Below the pieces are notes generated by a model that saw nothing but the letters and a program-made list of their open reading frames with translations, searched no databases and was not told where the DNA came from. Made by a program: the position numbers and the translations under genes. A stretch of DNA of 64,000 nt from a virus (taxonomy: Duplodnaviria > Caudoviricetes). Location of the stretch: positions 96,001 to 160,000 of IMG/VR virus record IMGVR_UViG_3300027917_000018; one strand, written 5' to 3'. Shown piece after piece: positions 36,693-45,398 of this stretch (position 1 is the first letter of the stretch; each line of letters begins with the position of its first letter).

Positions 36693-37933
36693 CGGAACGA
36701 ATAGAGCGTCGAGCGCCCAAAGCCTGGCTCGTCACGGTCGTAGCCGGTGTCTCTGACAAGACCACGCGCTGCCAGCCGCAGAAGCGCCCGCTCCATGTAA
36801 ACGTAACCCATACCGGTGGAATCGCGCCAGAAAAAGCGCTCGATGCCGCCGTTCTTGAGCTGGGTCAGAATGCTGATCAGGAAGCTTTCGCAGGCGGCGT
36901 CCCTGTAGGGTAAGTCGCTGTCCGCCCAATACACGGCGCTCAGAAACAACATTTCCCTGCCGCTCACCTTCTTCCAGAGCGTTGTCGCGGCAGCGAGCTT
37001 GTTGCGCTCGTTCCACTGGGTTACGGCGGGCTGCCCGCCCTCAACGTGCGTAGTCTTCCAGTCAAAGTTGGGCTGTGCGACCACCTGCAATCCTGCGCGC
37101 CGCAGCAAGGCGCGAGGGCTTACGGCCTCCACCAGGCCGAACACGGCCATGCCCGACCGGTTTGTCAGCCTGACGACGCCTTCCCGCGCCAAAGCTTCCA
37201 GCGCGTCCAAGAACGGATCGCCGGGTTTGAAGAGGCTGAAGAGGAATCTGCCGATACCGCGTGCCTTGGCCTGATCGAAGATGCTTTTGAGAAAAGCTTG
37301 TCGGAAGCTTGGGTCCAGTTCGTCCGGGCCGTCGGCGCGGATCACCAAGGTATCTCCGTCGTGGAAGCTCGTGCTGGCGAACGTATAGGGCTCATGGGTT
37401 TGCCAGACCGTGTCCTGGTAGCGGCTTCGCCGCCGGTACCAGTCTGCGTCGGCAGGCACGGCCATCGGCTTGCCGAATCCAGTCTTCAGCAGGCTCTTGG
37501 GGTCTTCGGCCTCCTCGACGTTTTCCTCCTCGTAGGGGACCAGCCGCCAATGAAATACGCCGGTCTGCTCCTCCCCGGTGGTGGAAACTTCGGCGGGAAT
37601 CCGCCAGGTCTCGGCCCCGGAGCGCTCGCCGCGCTTGAGCGCTTGCCAGACCTTTCGATCATAGTCGAAGATTTCCTCGAACTGCTCGCTTTCTACGTCG
37701 ACCGTGGTGCGATCGGCCAGGAAAGCGTGGACGCCGTACATGCCGTCAAGTTGATCGATGTCGCTGGCGTGGGAGCCGTGAATCTCCGGGTCACGCCCGA
37801 TCCGAAACGGCGTGTACTCGTCCAGCTCGATTGTGTTAACGTAGTAATAGCCAGGTAGGATGTGCTCCTGGCTCATGCGCTTAAGCCAGGCTCGCGGTGT
37901 TTCAGCTTCCAGAATGGCTCGTGCGCGGCCCAC
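36689..37933 (-). CDS. leader-bearing polyprotein with two similar alpha/beta (GNAT-like?) modules
   Basis: MGRARAILEAETPR; internal EAEDPKSLL and EAVSPRALL. Confidence 0.75.
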   Translation of the reverse strand: MGRARAILEAETPRAWLKRMSQEHILPGYYYVNTIELDEYTPFRIGRDPEIHGSHASDIDQLDGMYGVHAFLADRTTVDVESEQFEEIFDYDRKVWQALKRGERSGAETWRIPAEVSTTGEEQTGVFHWRLVPYEEENVEEAEDPKSLLKTGFGKPMAVPADADWYRRRSRYQDTVWQTHEPYTFASTSFHDGDTLVIRADGPDELDPSFRQAFLKSIFDQAKARGIGRFLFSLFKPGDPFLDALEALAREGVVRLTNRSGMAVFGLVEAVSPRALLRRAGLQVVAQPNFDWKTTHVEGGQPAVTQWNERNKLAAATTLWKKVSGREMLFLSAVYWADSDLPYRDAACESFLISILTQLKNGGIERFFWRDSTGMGYVYMERALLRLAARGLVRDTGYDRDEPGFGRSTLYSFR

Positions 37934-37935
37934 GC

Positions 37936-37954
37936 CTTAATTACGGTAGTTAGA
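37936..37954. promoter_or_regulatory. back-to-back GTARTTAR motifs (divergent)
   Basis: Minus strand GTAATTAAG (hexamer 4 nt before GTG 37933); plus strand GTAGTTAGA (hexamer 5 nt before ATG 37958). Confidence 0.6.
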
Positions 37955-37957
37955 ACG

Positions 37958-38359
37958 ATGAACGCTGAGACGGAAGGCCGATGGTCGAAGGCTGTAGGGA
38001 CGATGCGCGAGCTGATGAAACAGCACGTTCAGGCTCACGCAAAAGTCCGGGAACTGTACTTCTCGATCCTTTACCACGCTGAGCTGGAGAAAGCTGGCCT
38101 CAAGAAAGACCAGGTCTCCTACCTGGTCCACGGGGCCAATCTGCCTGCGGGTGGCAAGTTCAGTCGGCAGCAGATGGCCAGGGCCTACCCGGATTGGGCG
38201 TTCGGCGTGAAGCTCAAGCCGACCGAGGGCGAGACCGAGGGCAAGATCGTGTGGTTCGAGAATCCGATTCCGCCCAAGGAGAAGCTCCACATCGAGGACC
38301 TGGAGACGCCCGCTCAGCGACAAGAACGTTTACGAATCAAGAGCCTTGGCTTGGAATGA
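37958..38359 (+). CDS. hypothetical protein
   Basis: ATG 37958 follows the motif. Confidence 0.6.
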   Translation: MNAETEGRWSKAVGTMRELMKQHVQAHAKVRELYFSILYHAELEKAGLKKDQVSYLVHGANLPAGGKFSRQQMARAYPDWAFGVKLKPTEGETEGKIVWFENPIPPKEKLHIEDLETPAQRQERLRIKSLGLE

Positions 38360-38517
38360 GCTTAGCCCGTGACATCCTGGAGGCCGAATCGCCTCGTGCC
38401 TTTATGAAGAGGCTGCCGATCCACCAGCTGGAGCGGCTCGGCGTGTGGAAGGTCCGGCGCACGCCACGGATGCCCGACCCGGACGACGATTCCGGCGATG
38501 CTTGGGCACATTTATGA
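38356..38517 (+). CDS. 53-aa leader-bearing peptide (MSLARDILEAESPR)
   Basis: ATGA-coupled on both sides. Confidence 0.65.
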   Translation: MSLARDILEAESPRAFMKRLPIHQLERLGVWKVRRTPRMPDPDDDSGDAWAHL

Positions 38518-40625
38518 GCGCGGCCCGTAACATCCTGGATGCTGAGACGCCGCGCTTTGTTCTCAAGGCGCTAGGCCGCCGCACGCTCGGCGTTTCGACC
38601 AAGCTGCTGCGCTCCTATCTGCGCCAGGAGGGCTTTCCGGTCGTTCAGCTTTACCGGCGCAGCAACAAGTGGCAGGACGCGATTGAAATGACAATCGTGG
38701 CCAGCGACCCCACGCTCCGCACCGACGCCGTGCTCTACGAGGTTATGGCCAGGGTCGAGAATTGGCTTGAGCAGAACTACCCCAAACTCGCGCCTCTCTT
38801 GTCCGTGAACGGCTGGGTTGCGCTTTGGCGTGACCAGAACAGCTTTGAGATTTCGATTACCAACCAGTACCGAGAGCAGACAGAAGCTCTGGAAAGCCCG
38901 GCCTCCGTACTGCACCAGATCGCGACCAACACGGTCATGGCCAAGCACGCGGACTTTCGGCAAGTCGCGGACGACGTGTGGCTCCTGGACGCGGGGAACT
39001 TTCAGGCCGAGGCTCGGGTCAAGCAGTCCGCGCAGGGCCGCCAGTGGGACCTTGCGATCTTTACGGTGACACACGGACCGTACCGGCGTACGCCCCAGGC
39101 AAGCTGGAACAATCTTACGGATCGCCAGTTCGCGATGGTGATGACGAACGTTTTTGGGGTGGCCGAGGCGGTGGACCCGCGCTCGCTTCTGCGAAAGCTG
39201 TACGACCCATCCGACCCGGTCGTTTCGGCCCTCGTCAAGATAGGCTTTCAGAAGGTGCCCGGCGGCCCGGAGAAGCGGCATCGGTTTGAGCTGCGGCGCG
39301 GCAATCGCACGTACGATCTTTGGTGGTACTGGGACGCGGCTCCGGGCGGCGGCAGGGAGCGTCGGTGGGACTTCGACGTGTGGGAAGATAATCCCGGTGG
39401 CGGCAAAGAACTGGTGGGCAACCACAATTCCATAGGCGACGGGCTTATTGCGAGGCTGCTCGGCAGCGGCTACGGCCTTTTGCCAGAATCCAGGAAACTC
39501 ATCGAGCAGGAGACTGAATCGCCGCGAGGCTTCCTTAACCGGCTCAGGCGGGAGCGCCTGTACTTCGGACAGCGGTTCGAGCGCGTGCCCTTTGGTGCCC
39601 GATGGGGCATGAACGCTCACGTTCGTAGGCTTTCCGACGATGGCGAGCCTGAAGTATTTGTTCAGCCGTCGGCCAGCTCCAGGCCGGTGCCGCTAGACCT
39701 GCAAGCATCTTTGGAAGTGGCTCAGCTGAGCCCGACGGGGTTTGAGTGGGGCTACGGCGGGAGCGGCCCGCATCAGCTTGCCCTGGCCCTTCTTTTGGAC
39801 GTGACCAGCGATCCCCAGCGGGCGTACCACGCACACCACGCCTTTACGGCAAGCGTCATTGCGCACTTGCCGCGCAAGGAATGGACGCTGACCTCCAGGA
39901 GGATTCTGAGCTGGCTGTCTGCCTGGGAAAACACGGGCGTCAAGGAAGCCGTCAGTCCCAGGGAGCTTTTGGTGCCCAGGGCCGCGCACGCGGTCGGGCA
40001 TTGGCTGGCCAGTTTGAAGTTCCACAAGGTCGGCGATGCCTGGCAAAGGTTTTGGCACGGGCATGCGCAAATGGACGTGGAGCCCCAAGGCCAGGACAAG
40101 TGGAAAGTGACGGTTTGGCGCTTGCCGAGCCCAACGGCTTTCGGCTTGCGCCTGCGCCGCAAGCTGCGCGCAACCAGCACCGTGCCGCTCGGGGCTGTGC
40201 CCCAGGTTGTGCAAAAGTGGGTCAAGGAGCTGAGTGTCGAGCAGGACCCTGAGCTTGCCGAGGCCGCCGAGACACCGCGATCCGTGCTTAAGGCATTGCC
40301 CAAGTTCGACGAGGACACGGAGGTCACGCTGCGTTGGCTGCGCCATGTGGTCGGCCAGCACATCGTTCGGCAGGTTGACATCGTGAGCGAAAGGCCAGAT
40401 TTCCAGCATACCGACGCCCGCCTTTACGTGATCATTGAGGTCAGCCAGGGCTACCAACGACAGCCGCTCCTCCGGCGCTACTGGGTCGATTTTGCCAGCC
40501 GGGGTGTGCTGGCCCAGGCGCTGCGCCAATGGGCCAACCTGCAAGGGGCTAAGCTCCGCGTGGACGGCCAGGACGCTGGCAAGGTCGCATACCGTAATCC
40601 CGTTTTGGCAAAACTTGCCGCATGA
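38514..40625 (+). CDS. leader-bearing six-module polyprotein including a DUF6166-like domain
   Basis: MSAARNILDAETPR; linkers at 38883, 39165, 39510, 39945, 40260; FEWGYGGSGPHQLALALL. Confidence 0.8.
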   Translation: MSAARNILDAETPRFVLKALGRRTLGVSTKLLRSYLRQEGFPVVQLYRRSNKWQDAIEMTIVASDPTLRTDAVLYEVMARVENWLEQNYPKLAPLLSVNGWVALWRDQNSFEISITNQYREQTEALESPASVLHQIATNTVMAKHADFRQVADDVWLLDAGNFQAEARVKQSAQGRQWDLAIFTVTHGPYRRTPQASWNNLTDRQFAMVMTNVFGVAEAVDPRSLLRKLYDPSDPVVSALVKIGFQKVPGGPEKRHRFELRRGNRTYDLWWYWDAAPGGGRERRWDFDVWEDNPGGGKELVGNHNSIGDGLIARLLGSGYGLLPESRKLIEQETESPRGFLNRLRRERLYFGQRFERVPFGARWGMNAHVRRLSDDGEPEVFVQPSASSRPVPLDLQASLEVAQLSPTGFEWGYGGSGPHQLALALLLDVTSDPQRAYHAHHAFTASVIAHLPRKEWTLTSRRILSWLSAWENTGVKEAVSPRELLVPRAAHAVGHWLASLKFHKVGDAWQRFWHGHAQMDVEPQGQDKWKVTVWRLPSPTAFGLRLRRKLRATSTVPLGAVPQVVQKWVKELSVEQDPELAEAAETPRSVLKALPKFDEDTEVTLRWLRHVVGQHIVRQVDIVSERPDFQHTDARLYVIIEVSQGYQRQPLLRRYWVDFASRGVLAQALRQWANLQGAKLRVDGQDAGKVAYRNPVLAKLAA

Positions 40626-41437
40626 GCCGCGCCTTACAGCTTATTCTTGCCGAGGCCCGCCGCAAGCCGGAGAGCCCGAAGTCCATAATGAAGGCGATCG
40701 GCAACCCGGACATCGCAAGCCTGCTGGAGTACGCGCCCGAGGACTTTCGTAGAGCCTATTACGCCAAGCAGACCGCCGAGTGGGACCCGGATTTTGCCGC
40801 TGAGGCCGATTGGAGCCCGTCGCCCGGCGATCATTACGAGGATGAGGAGACCGGCGAGGAGCGTGTGGAGTGGTGGCGCACGGCCTATTATCCGGTTTAC
40901 CGGACCGAAGACGGCAAGATTTACGAGGAAGTCCATTCGGTGGACGGGGACGGCAACCACGAGTACGAGGTCGAGGCCGAGGTTGGCACCGACGAATGGC
41001 GGCGGCAGCAAAGGGATTGGTACCAAGCGCCGCAAAGGCTGTGGAAGGACTACTGGGAATACGTGGCCGAGACCGGGGACGACGCTTTGGGCGAAATCTT
41101 CGTGCCCCGTGAGAAGACCACGCACAAGTGGGTCGCCGGATTTACGCAAGAGCCCGATGGCAGGCTCAAGTTTTGGGGTGCCCGCCCAATTGGGCGCGAG
41201 CAGAGCCACCCGCCGATCCGTAATCTTGACGAGGTCCCGCAGCACGTGAAGGACTATCTCCTCGTTGATCAGGATGGGTACAGCGAGGCTACACTGGATG
41301 ACCTGAAGCGGGAGAACGGCAAACAGGACAAGCAAGGCCGGTGGCAGGTTTGGTTCACCACCGAGCAAGAGAAGGAGCCTGAGAACGTCGTGGATTTCAT
41401 CAAGCGCAAGGCCCGCGAGCAGTTGGAGAGGCAATGA
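40622..41437 (+). CDS. leader-variant acidic protein (MSRALQLILAEARRKPESPK)
   Basis: Leader variant; W/Y/E-rich. Confidence 0.7.
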   Translation: MSRALQLILAEARRKPESPKSIMKAIGNPDIASLLEYAPEDFRRAYYAKQTAEWDPDFAAEADWSPSPGDHYEDEETGEERVEWWRTAYYPVYRTEDGKIYEEVHSVDGDGNHEYEVEAEVGTDEWRRQQRDWYQAPQRLWKDYWEYVAETGDDALGEIFVPREKTTHKWVAGFTQEPDGRLKFWGARPIGREQSHPPIRNLDEVPQHVKDYLLVDQDGYSEATLDDLKRENGKQDKQGRWQVWFTTEQEKEPENVVDFIKRKAREQLERQ

Positions 41438-41715
41438 GCAGAGCACGCCAGATCATCGAGGCCGCCGAGACACCGCGATCCGTAATTTCGGCGATCCGTA
41501 AAACCAGGTTTGAGCTTGGCATCCAGGACATCATGCGCGACGCCAAAGAGCTGGAGGCTAGGCTGGAGAAATCCGGGGTCATGAACCTCATGGGCTGGTT
41601 TGACGATTCCGCCGTGGCGCAGGCGATCATGCAACTGGCGATCGAGCGGCGAGGCGCTCCCGGCACGAAGCGGGCGCTTTCAGCCATCAAACGGCACGGA
41701 CACTCAGTTTTGTGA
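41434..41715 (+). CDS. leader-bearing protein (MSRARQIIEAAETPR)
   Basis: Leader motif, coupled. Confidence 0.7.
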   Translation: MSRARQIIEAAETPRSVISAIRKTRFELGIQDIMRDAKELEARLEKSGVMNLMGWFDDSAVAQAIMQLAIERRGAPGTKRALSAIKRHGHSVL

Positions 41716-42710
41716 CGCGAGCAAGAGCCATCCTGGAAGTCGAGACGACACGAACCGGCAAGTTCGTGTCCGCCGTATTGACGCGGGCCAGCCAGGATGA
41801 GCTGCTGGATGCCTTTCCGCCCATCCATCCCAACGTTTACGCGCACCATGCCACGCTGGCGTTCAAGCCCACGGAGCCCGCGCTGGACCGGTACGTGCCC
41901 TACCTGGGCGAGCGGCTTTACCTGTCGGTGATTGGCTACGGCGAAGACGACAAGGGCCAGGCCGTCGTGGTGGACGTTCAGAGCGAGAACCGCATCCCGC
42001 ACATTACCATTTCGACCGCCGACGGCGTTGGCCCGGTCTACTCGAACAAGCTCCTGGAGGCTGGCTACGAGACCGTGGACGGGCCAGAACTGGAAGCTTT
42101 GGTGGACATCGAGAACCTCGGGGAATCAGTTCTGGAGCTGGACCCGCAAGGTGGGTTGCGCCTGACGCCCAGGCCCAAAAAGCCAGGCTCCATCTGGACT
42201 TACCGCCGCCAGGCAGCCGAGGGCGGCCCAAAGCCCTACCGCCGAGTCCGAAGCTTGCCCAGCGGCGGCCAGGTTGAAATCTACGCCGCCTACCACAAGC
42301 AGGCCGCTCCGCTAGAGCTGTTGCGCCAGGCTAAGCAGTATGGACCTCTGGTCGGTAAGATGGCGCGGGCGGGCGCGGATGACCTGACTGCTGCTTTGGA
42401 GGGATACGGCATCACCGAGGTCGTGCCGATTCCAAGCCGGAGCCCAATGGCGGGCCGGTTCGCCCGGCTTCTGGCCAATCGCTTGGGCGTGCCGATCCGT
42501 GATCGTTTGCAGCGGGACTATCCGATCGGCCACGTGCCCATCCATCTGAGAAAAGCTGTGGCCCAGCGCACCATTTCAGCCACGGGACGCCCGCGCCACC
42601 CGCTGCTGGTGGACGAGTACGTCACCACCGGGGCAACCATCATGGCCGCCGCCGAGGCGCTTTTACGGCAGGGAGCCCGGCAGGTCACCGCAGCCGCTTT
42701 TGCGATATGA
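41712..42710 (+). CDS. leader-bearing 2H phosphoesterase plus ComF-like phosphoribosyltransferase fusion
   Basis: HHATLAF and PHITIS 2H motifs; LGESVLE linker; LLVDEYVTTGAT PRPP-binding loop. Confidence 0.8.
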   Translation: MTRARAILEVETTRTGKFVSAVLTRASQDELLDAFPPIHPNVYAHHATLAFKPTEPALDRYVPYLGERLYLSVIGYGEDDKGQAVVVDVQSENRIPHITISTADGVGPVYSNKLLEAGYETVDGPELEALVDIENLGESVLELDPQGGLRLTPRPKKPGSIWTYRRQAAEGGPKPYRRVRSLPSGGQVEIYAAYHKQAAPLELLRQAKQYGPLVGKMARAGADDLTAALEGYGITEVVPIPSRSPMAGRFARLLANRLGVPIRDRLQRDYPIGHVPIHLRKAVAQRTISATGRPRHPLLVDEYVTTGATIMAAAEALLRQGARQVTAAAFAI

Positions 42711-43003
42711 GCCGAGCCCGCGCAATTTTGGAGGCTGAGACTCCCAAGGGCATCATGCAGCAGTTTAGTCCGGGCAGCCGGTTCATCATGCAGCCTTTAA
42801 GCCCGCAGGAGATTGAAACGCTTGCCGATGTCATCGCGATGGGACCGCTGACGCGGCAGCCCTGGCACGAGAAGTTCCTCGAACTGGGGTACCTGACGCT
42901 CTACGACGACATGCCCGATGCCGTGGAGGCCGCCGATGGGTTTGCCAAAGCGTTCTACGACAAGAATGGCTTCATTCGCCAGGGCTGGCTTCAGCAGCGC
43001 TAG
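42707..43003 (+). CDS. leader-bearing protein (MSRARAILEAETPK)
   Basis: Leader motif, coupled. Confidence 0.7.
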   Translation: MSRARAILEAETPKGIMQQFSPGSRFIMQPLSPQEIETLADVIAMGPLTRQPWHEKFLELGYLTLYDDMPDAVEAADGFAKAFYDKNGFIRQGWLQQR

Positions 43004-43410
43004 AGCATCCGCACGCCCTTGAGCACTGGAGCGGGCGGGTCTCGCCGGTAAATCAGAATCCCGTACTTCTTCGGGGCCGCTCCCTGGTTGGCGATGGTGT
43101 AGCTGAGCGCATTGGTCGAGGCTGAGCGCCCAACCGCGTACCAGCCATCTCCAATGTATTCCAGCAGTAGCAGTTGGTTGGCCTCCGGGTAATTGGTAAA
43201 CGCTCTGGTGTCGAACGTCTGGTTGAACTGCGTCCTGACAATGACGTTCGTATGGCTGAACGTCCCCGCTTCGCTGGCGAGGGTCGTGATGTTGGTGATG
43301 CTGAACACGTTGGTTGCCACAGTTGAGGGGCTGAGCAGCTCAAAATGCTCGTCGGGCCTGGCGACGGCTGTACACAGCACGGCAAGGCACAGAGGGAGAA
43401 TCCTTTTCAT
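43000..43410 (-). CDS. secreted protein
   Basis: MKRILPLCLAVLCTAVA signal peptide. Confidence 0.6.
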   Translation of the reverse strand: MKRILPLCLAVLCTAVARPDEHFELLSPSTVATNVFSITNITTLASEAGTFSHTNVIVRTQFNQTFDTRAFTNYPEANQLLLLEYIGDGWYAVGRSASTNALSYTIANQGAAPKKYGILIYRRDPPAPVLKGVRML

Positions 43411-43446
43411 GGGGCTAATCTGCCGAGCCTTGGGCAATCTGTCTAG

Positions 43447-43455
43447 GTAGTTAGG
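43447..43455 (+). promoter_or_regulatory. GTAGTTAGG motif (candidate late promoter)
   Basis: GTAGTTAGGACGTG, identical to 34506; hexamer 4 nt before GTG 43458. Confidence 0.55.
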
Positions 43456-43457
43456 AC

Positions 43458-43718
43458 GTGAAGAGCTTGCTGGTCATCGCTCTTGTCCTTCTGGCGGGAT
43501 GCACGACTTCATCCGAGAAGGGCAAAGTGACCCGGCATTACGTCTTCGGTTTCGGCGTGGTGACAGTTGACAGGGCAGCGGCGCAGGCTGAAGTGCGCTC
43601 CGTGCGCGCCTTTGGCGTTTACGGTTCTGCGCAGCAGTTTGCAGCTGGATACGTGGACACCTTGTCGACACTGGTGCCGGACGGAACAACGAACCTATTG
43701 ATCGAAGTGCGCAAATGA
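43458..43718 (+). CDS. lipoprotein
   Basis: MKSLLVIALVLLAGC lipobox. Confidence 0.7.
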   Translation: MKSLLVIALVLLAGCTTSSEKGKVTRHYVFGFGVVTVDRAAAQAEVRSVRAFGVYGSAQQFAAGYVDTLSTLVPDGTTNLLIEVRK

Positions 43719-44332
43719 AACTGTGGCTTTTTCCACCCATTCTCGCGCTGCTGGCCGCCGGATGCACGACGCGGCATGCGGTGATCACGTCCACAGGCAA
43801 CGTCTTTGGCTTTGAGCTGGCGCAGAATCCCTCCAGCGGGATGTACCAAGCCAAGCTGGGCTATGCCAGGACTGAGTTTGCCTACGTGCCCTCCAACCGA
43901 TCGACCTCCACCAACGAGACCAGCTTTGGGCTCGGGGCCAGGGACGTGCCCGACGTGCTCATGGAACTGAAGTTTCAAAACGTATTCAAAGGCGGCGGTC
44001 TCTATCAGCGCCTGGCCATAGGGACTGTGGCAGTCAGCCAGCCAGGAGCGGCCTTTATGTTCGCCAAGGGGCCTGACGGAACCTTGGACCCGGATACGGC
44101 TGCGGCGATAGCCAACGTGAAGACGATCCCCGAGGCCAAGCCGGATTTGATGGCGGCCTTGGCTCCGCTGGCCAACGCCTACCAGAATTCCATGAACCAG
44201 AATGAATTCGACATGGTGGCCGCCGGGCAGGGATACCCCAGCTTTCAAACGTTTCTGACCAACCCCAATTTGACGCTTGAAGGCGTTTACAAGATGGCCG
44301 ACGAGCTGCGTAAACAGGGACTGATCGAATGA
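43715..44332 (+). CDS. lipoprotein
   Basis: MKLWLFPPILALLAAGC lipobox. Confidence 0.7.
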   Translation: MKLWLFPPILALLAAGCTTRHAVITSTGNVFGFELAQNPSSGMYQAKLGYARTEFAYVPSNRSTSTNETSFGLGARDVPDVLMELKFQNVFKGGGLYQRLAIGTVAVSQPGAAFMFAKGPDGTLDPDTAAAIANVKTIPEAKPDLMAALAPLANAYQNSMNQNEFDMVAAGQGYPSFQTFLTNPNLTLEGVYKMADELRKQGLIE

Positions 44333-44478
44333 CCACCGTGCTCCGAATCCCACTGACCACCGCCAACCTCGACCAGGCTATCGCGAACACGTGTGATGTG
44401 CAGAAGGCCGCAGGTTATCGGCTGGCAGGATGTTTCTCGGTCGGCGACCAACTTGTCCTCATCTTTCAGAAACCATGA
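44329..44478 (+). CDS. 49-aa protein (not in ORF track)
   Basis: ATGA-coupled on both sides; MTTVLRIPL...VLIFQKP. Confidence 0.55.
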   Translation: MTTVLRIPLTTANLDQAIANTCDVQKAAGYRLAGCFSVGDQLVLIFQKP

Positions 44479-45392
44479 GCTTAGCCGTTTACGTTTATTT
44501 CGACGGATCGAATCTTCAGCAGAAGATCGACTCAGACGACTATGCCTATGCGGGTAGTTGGGCCGCCGCGACGCCCTACTACGCTGCCTCGCTCGATGTG
44601 GTTGATTACGGCGACGCCCGCTACGTCGCGATACGGGACAACACGAATTTCGCCCCGCTCCGCAGACCGCCCAGGGGTCAAAATGAGGTCTGGTCCATTC
44701 TCTCGAAGATTCAGGAAGGTGACGAGCCACCGTGGCCCGCGCCGCCGCAGACCGAGGTCGCCCTGGAAACGGCGTGGGCAGGCACCGCGCTAGCCCAGCT
44801 GGCCTACGACACCGGCACCGTTGCTCTTTATATGGCCTGGCAGGGCACTCAGGATGCCCGCGTGGCCAATGACCTGGCCTACCTGGCGCTTCAGACTGCC
44901 TGGATTGGGACCAGCGCTGCTGGCGTGGACCTGGCGATCCAGGCCCTGGAAACCGCCTGGATGGGTACGGCGACCGCCAATACGGCGATCGAGACGGCTT
45001 GGGCCGCCACCGCCGCAGGCTCCAATTACGTCCAGAAGTCCGGGGACACGATGACGGGTAACCTGGTTGTGCCCCAGGTCATCATCGGCTACGGCACAGT
45101 TCCCTACTCGGCAGCTGCCGCCGGGACGATCCAGTACGACTTCAACGGCCCCGGCTACCAGCACACAACCATCGAGGGCGCACTGCACATTTCGGTCAAG
45201 AACATGACGGCGGGCGCGGAAATCGCCGTTCCGGTCACCTTCAACGGCAGCTTCCAAGTCGGCTTTCCAGGCCAGTGGACCTGGTACACCGAGCCACCCA
45301 CGGAGCTGAACGGAGCGGGCGAGACGATTTTTGCCTTTGCCGCCTTTGGAACGGACATGGTGGACGTTCGGGCAGCCCACGCAACGCGATAG
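44475..45392 (+). CDS. tail fibre-like protein with CBM5/12-like module and ALETAWxGT repeats
   Basis: AGSWAAATPY..DVVDYGDARYVA; five A(L/I)(E/Q/Y)(T/M)AW repeats. Confidence 0.65.
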   Translation: MSLAVYVYFDGSNLQQKIDSDDYAYAGSWAAATPYYAASLDVVDYGDARYVAIRDNTNFAPLRRPPRGQNEVWSILSKIQEGDEPPWPAPPQTEVALETAWAGTALAQLAYDTGTVALYMAWQGTQDARVANDLAYLALQTAWIGTSAAGVDLAIQALETAWMGTATANTAIETAWAATAAGSNYVQKSGDTMTGNLVVPQVIIGYGTVPYSAAAAGTIQYDFNGPGYQHTTIEGALHISVKNMTAGAEIAVPVTFNGSFQVGFPGQWTWYTEPPTELNGAGETIFAFAAFGTDMVDVRAAHATR

Positions 45393-45398
45393 ACGCTT

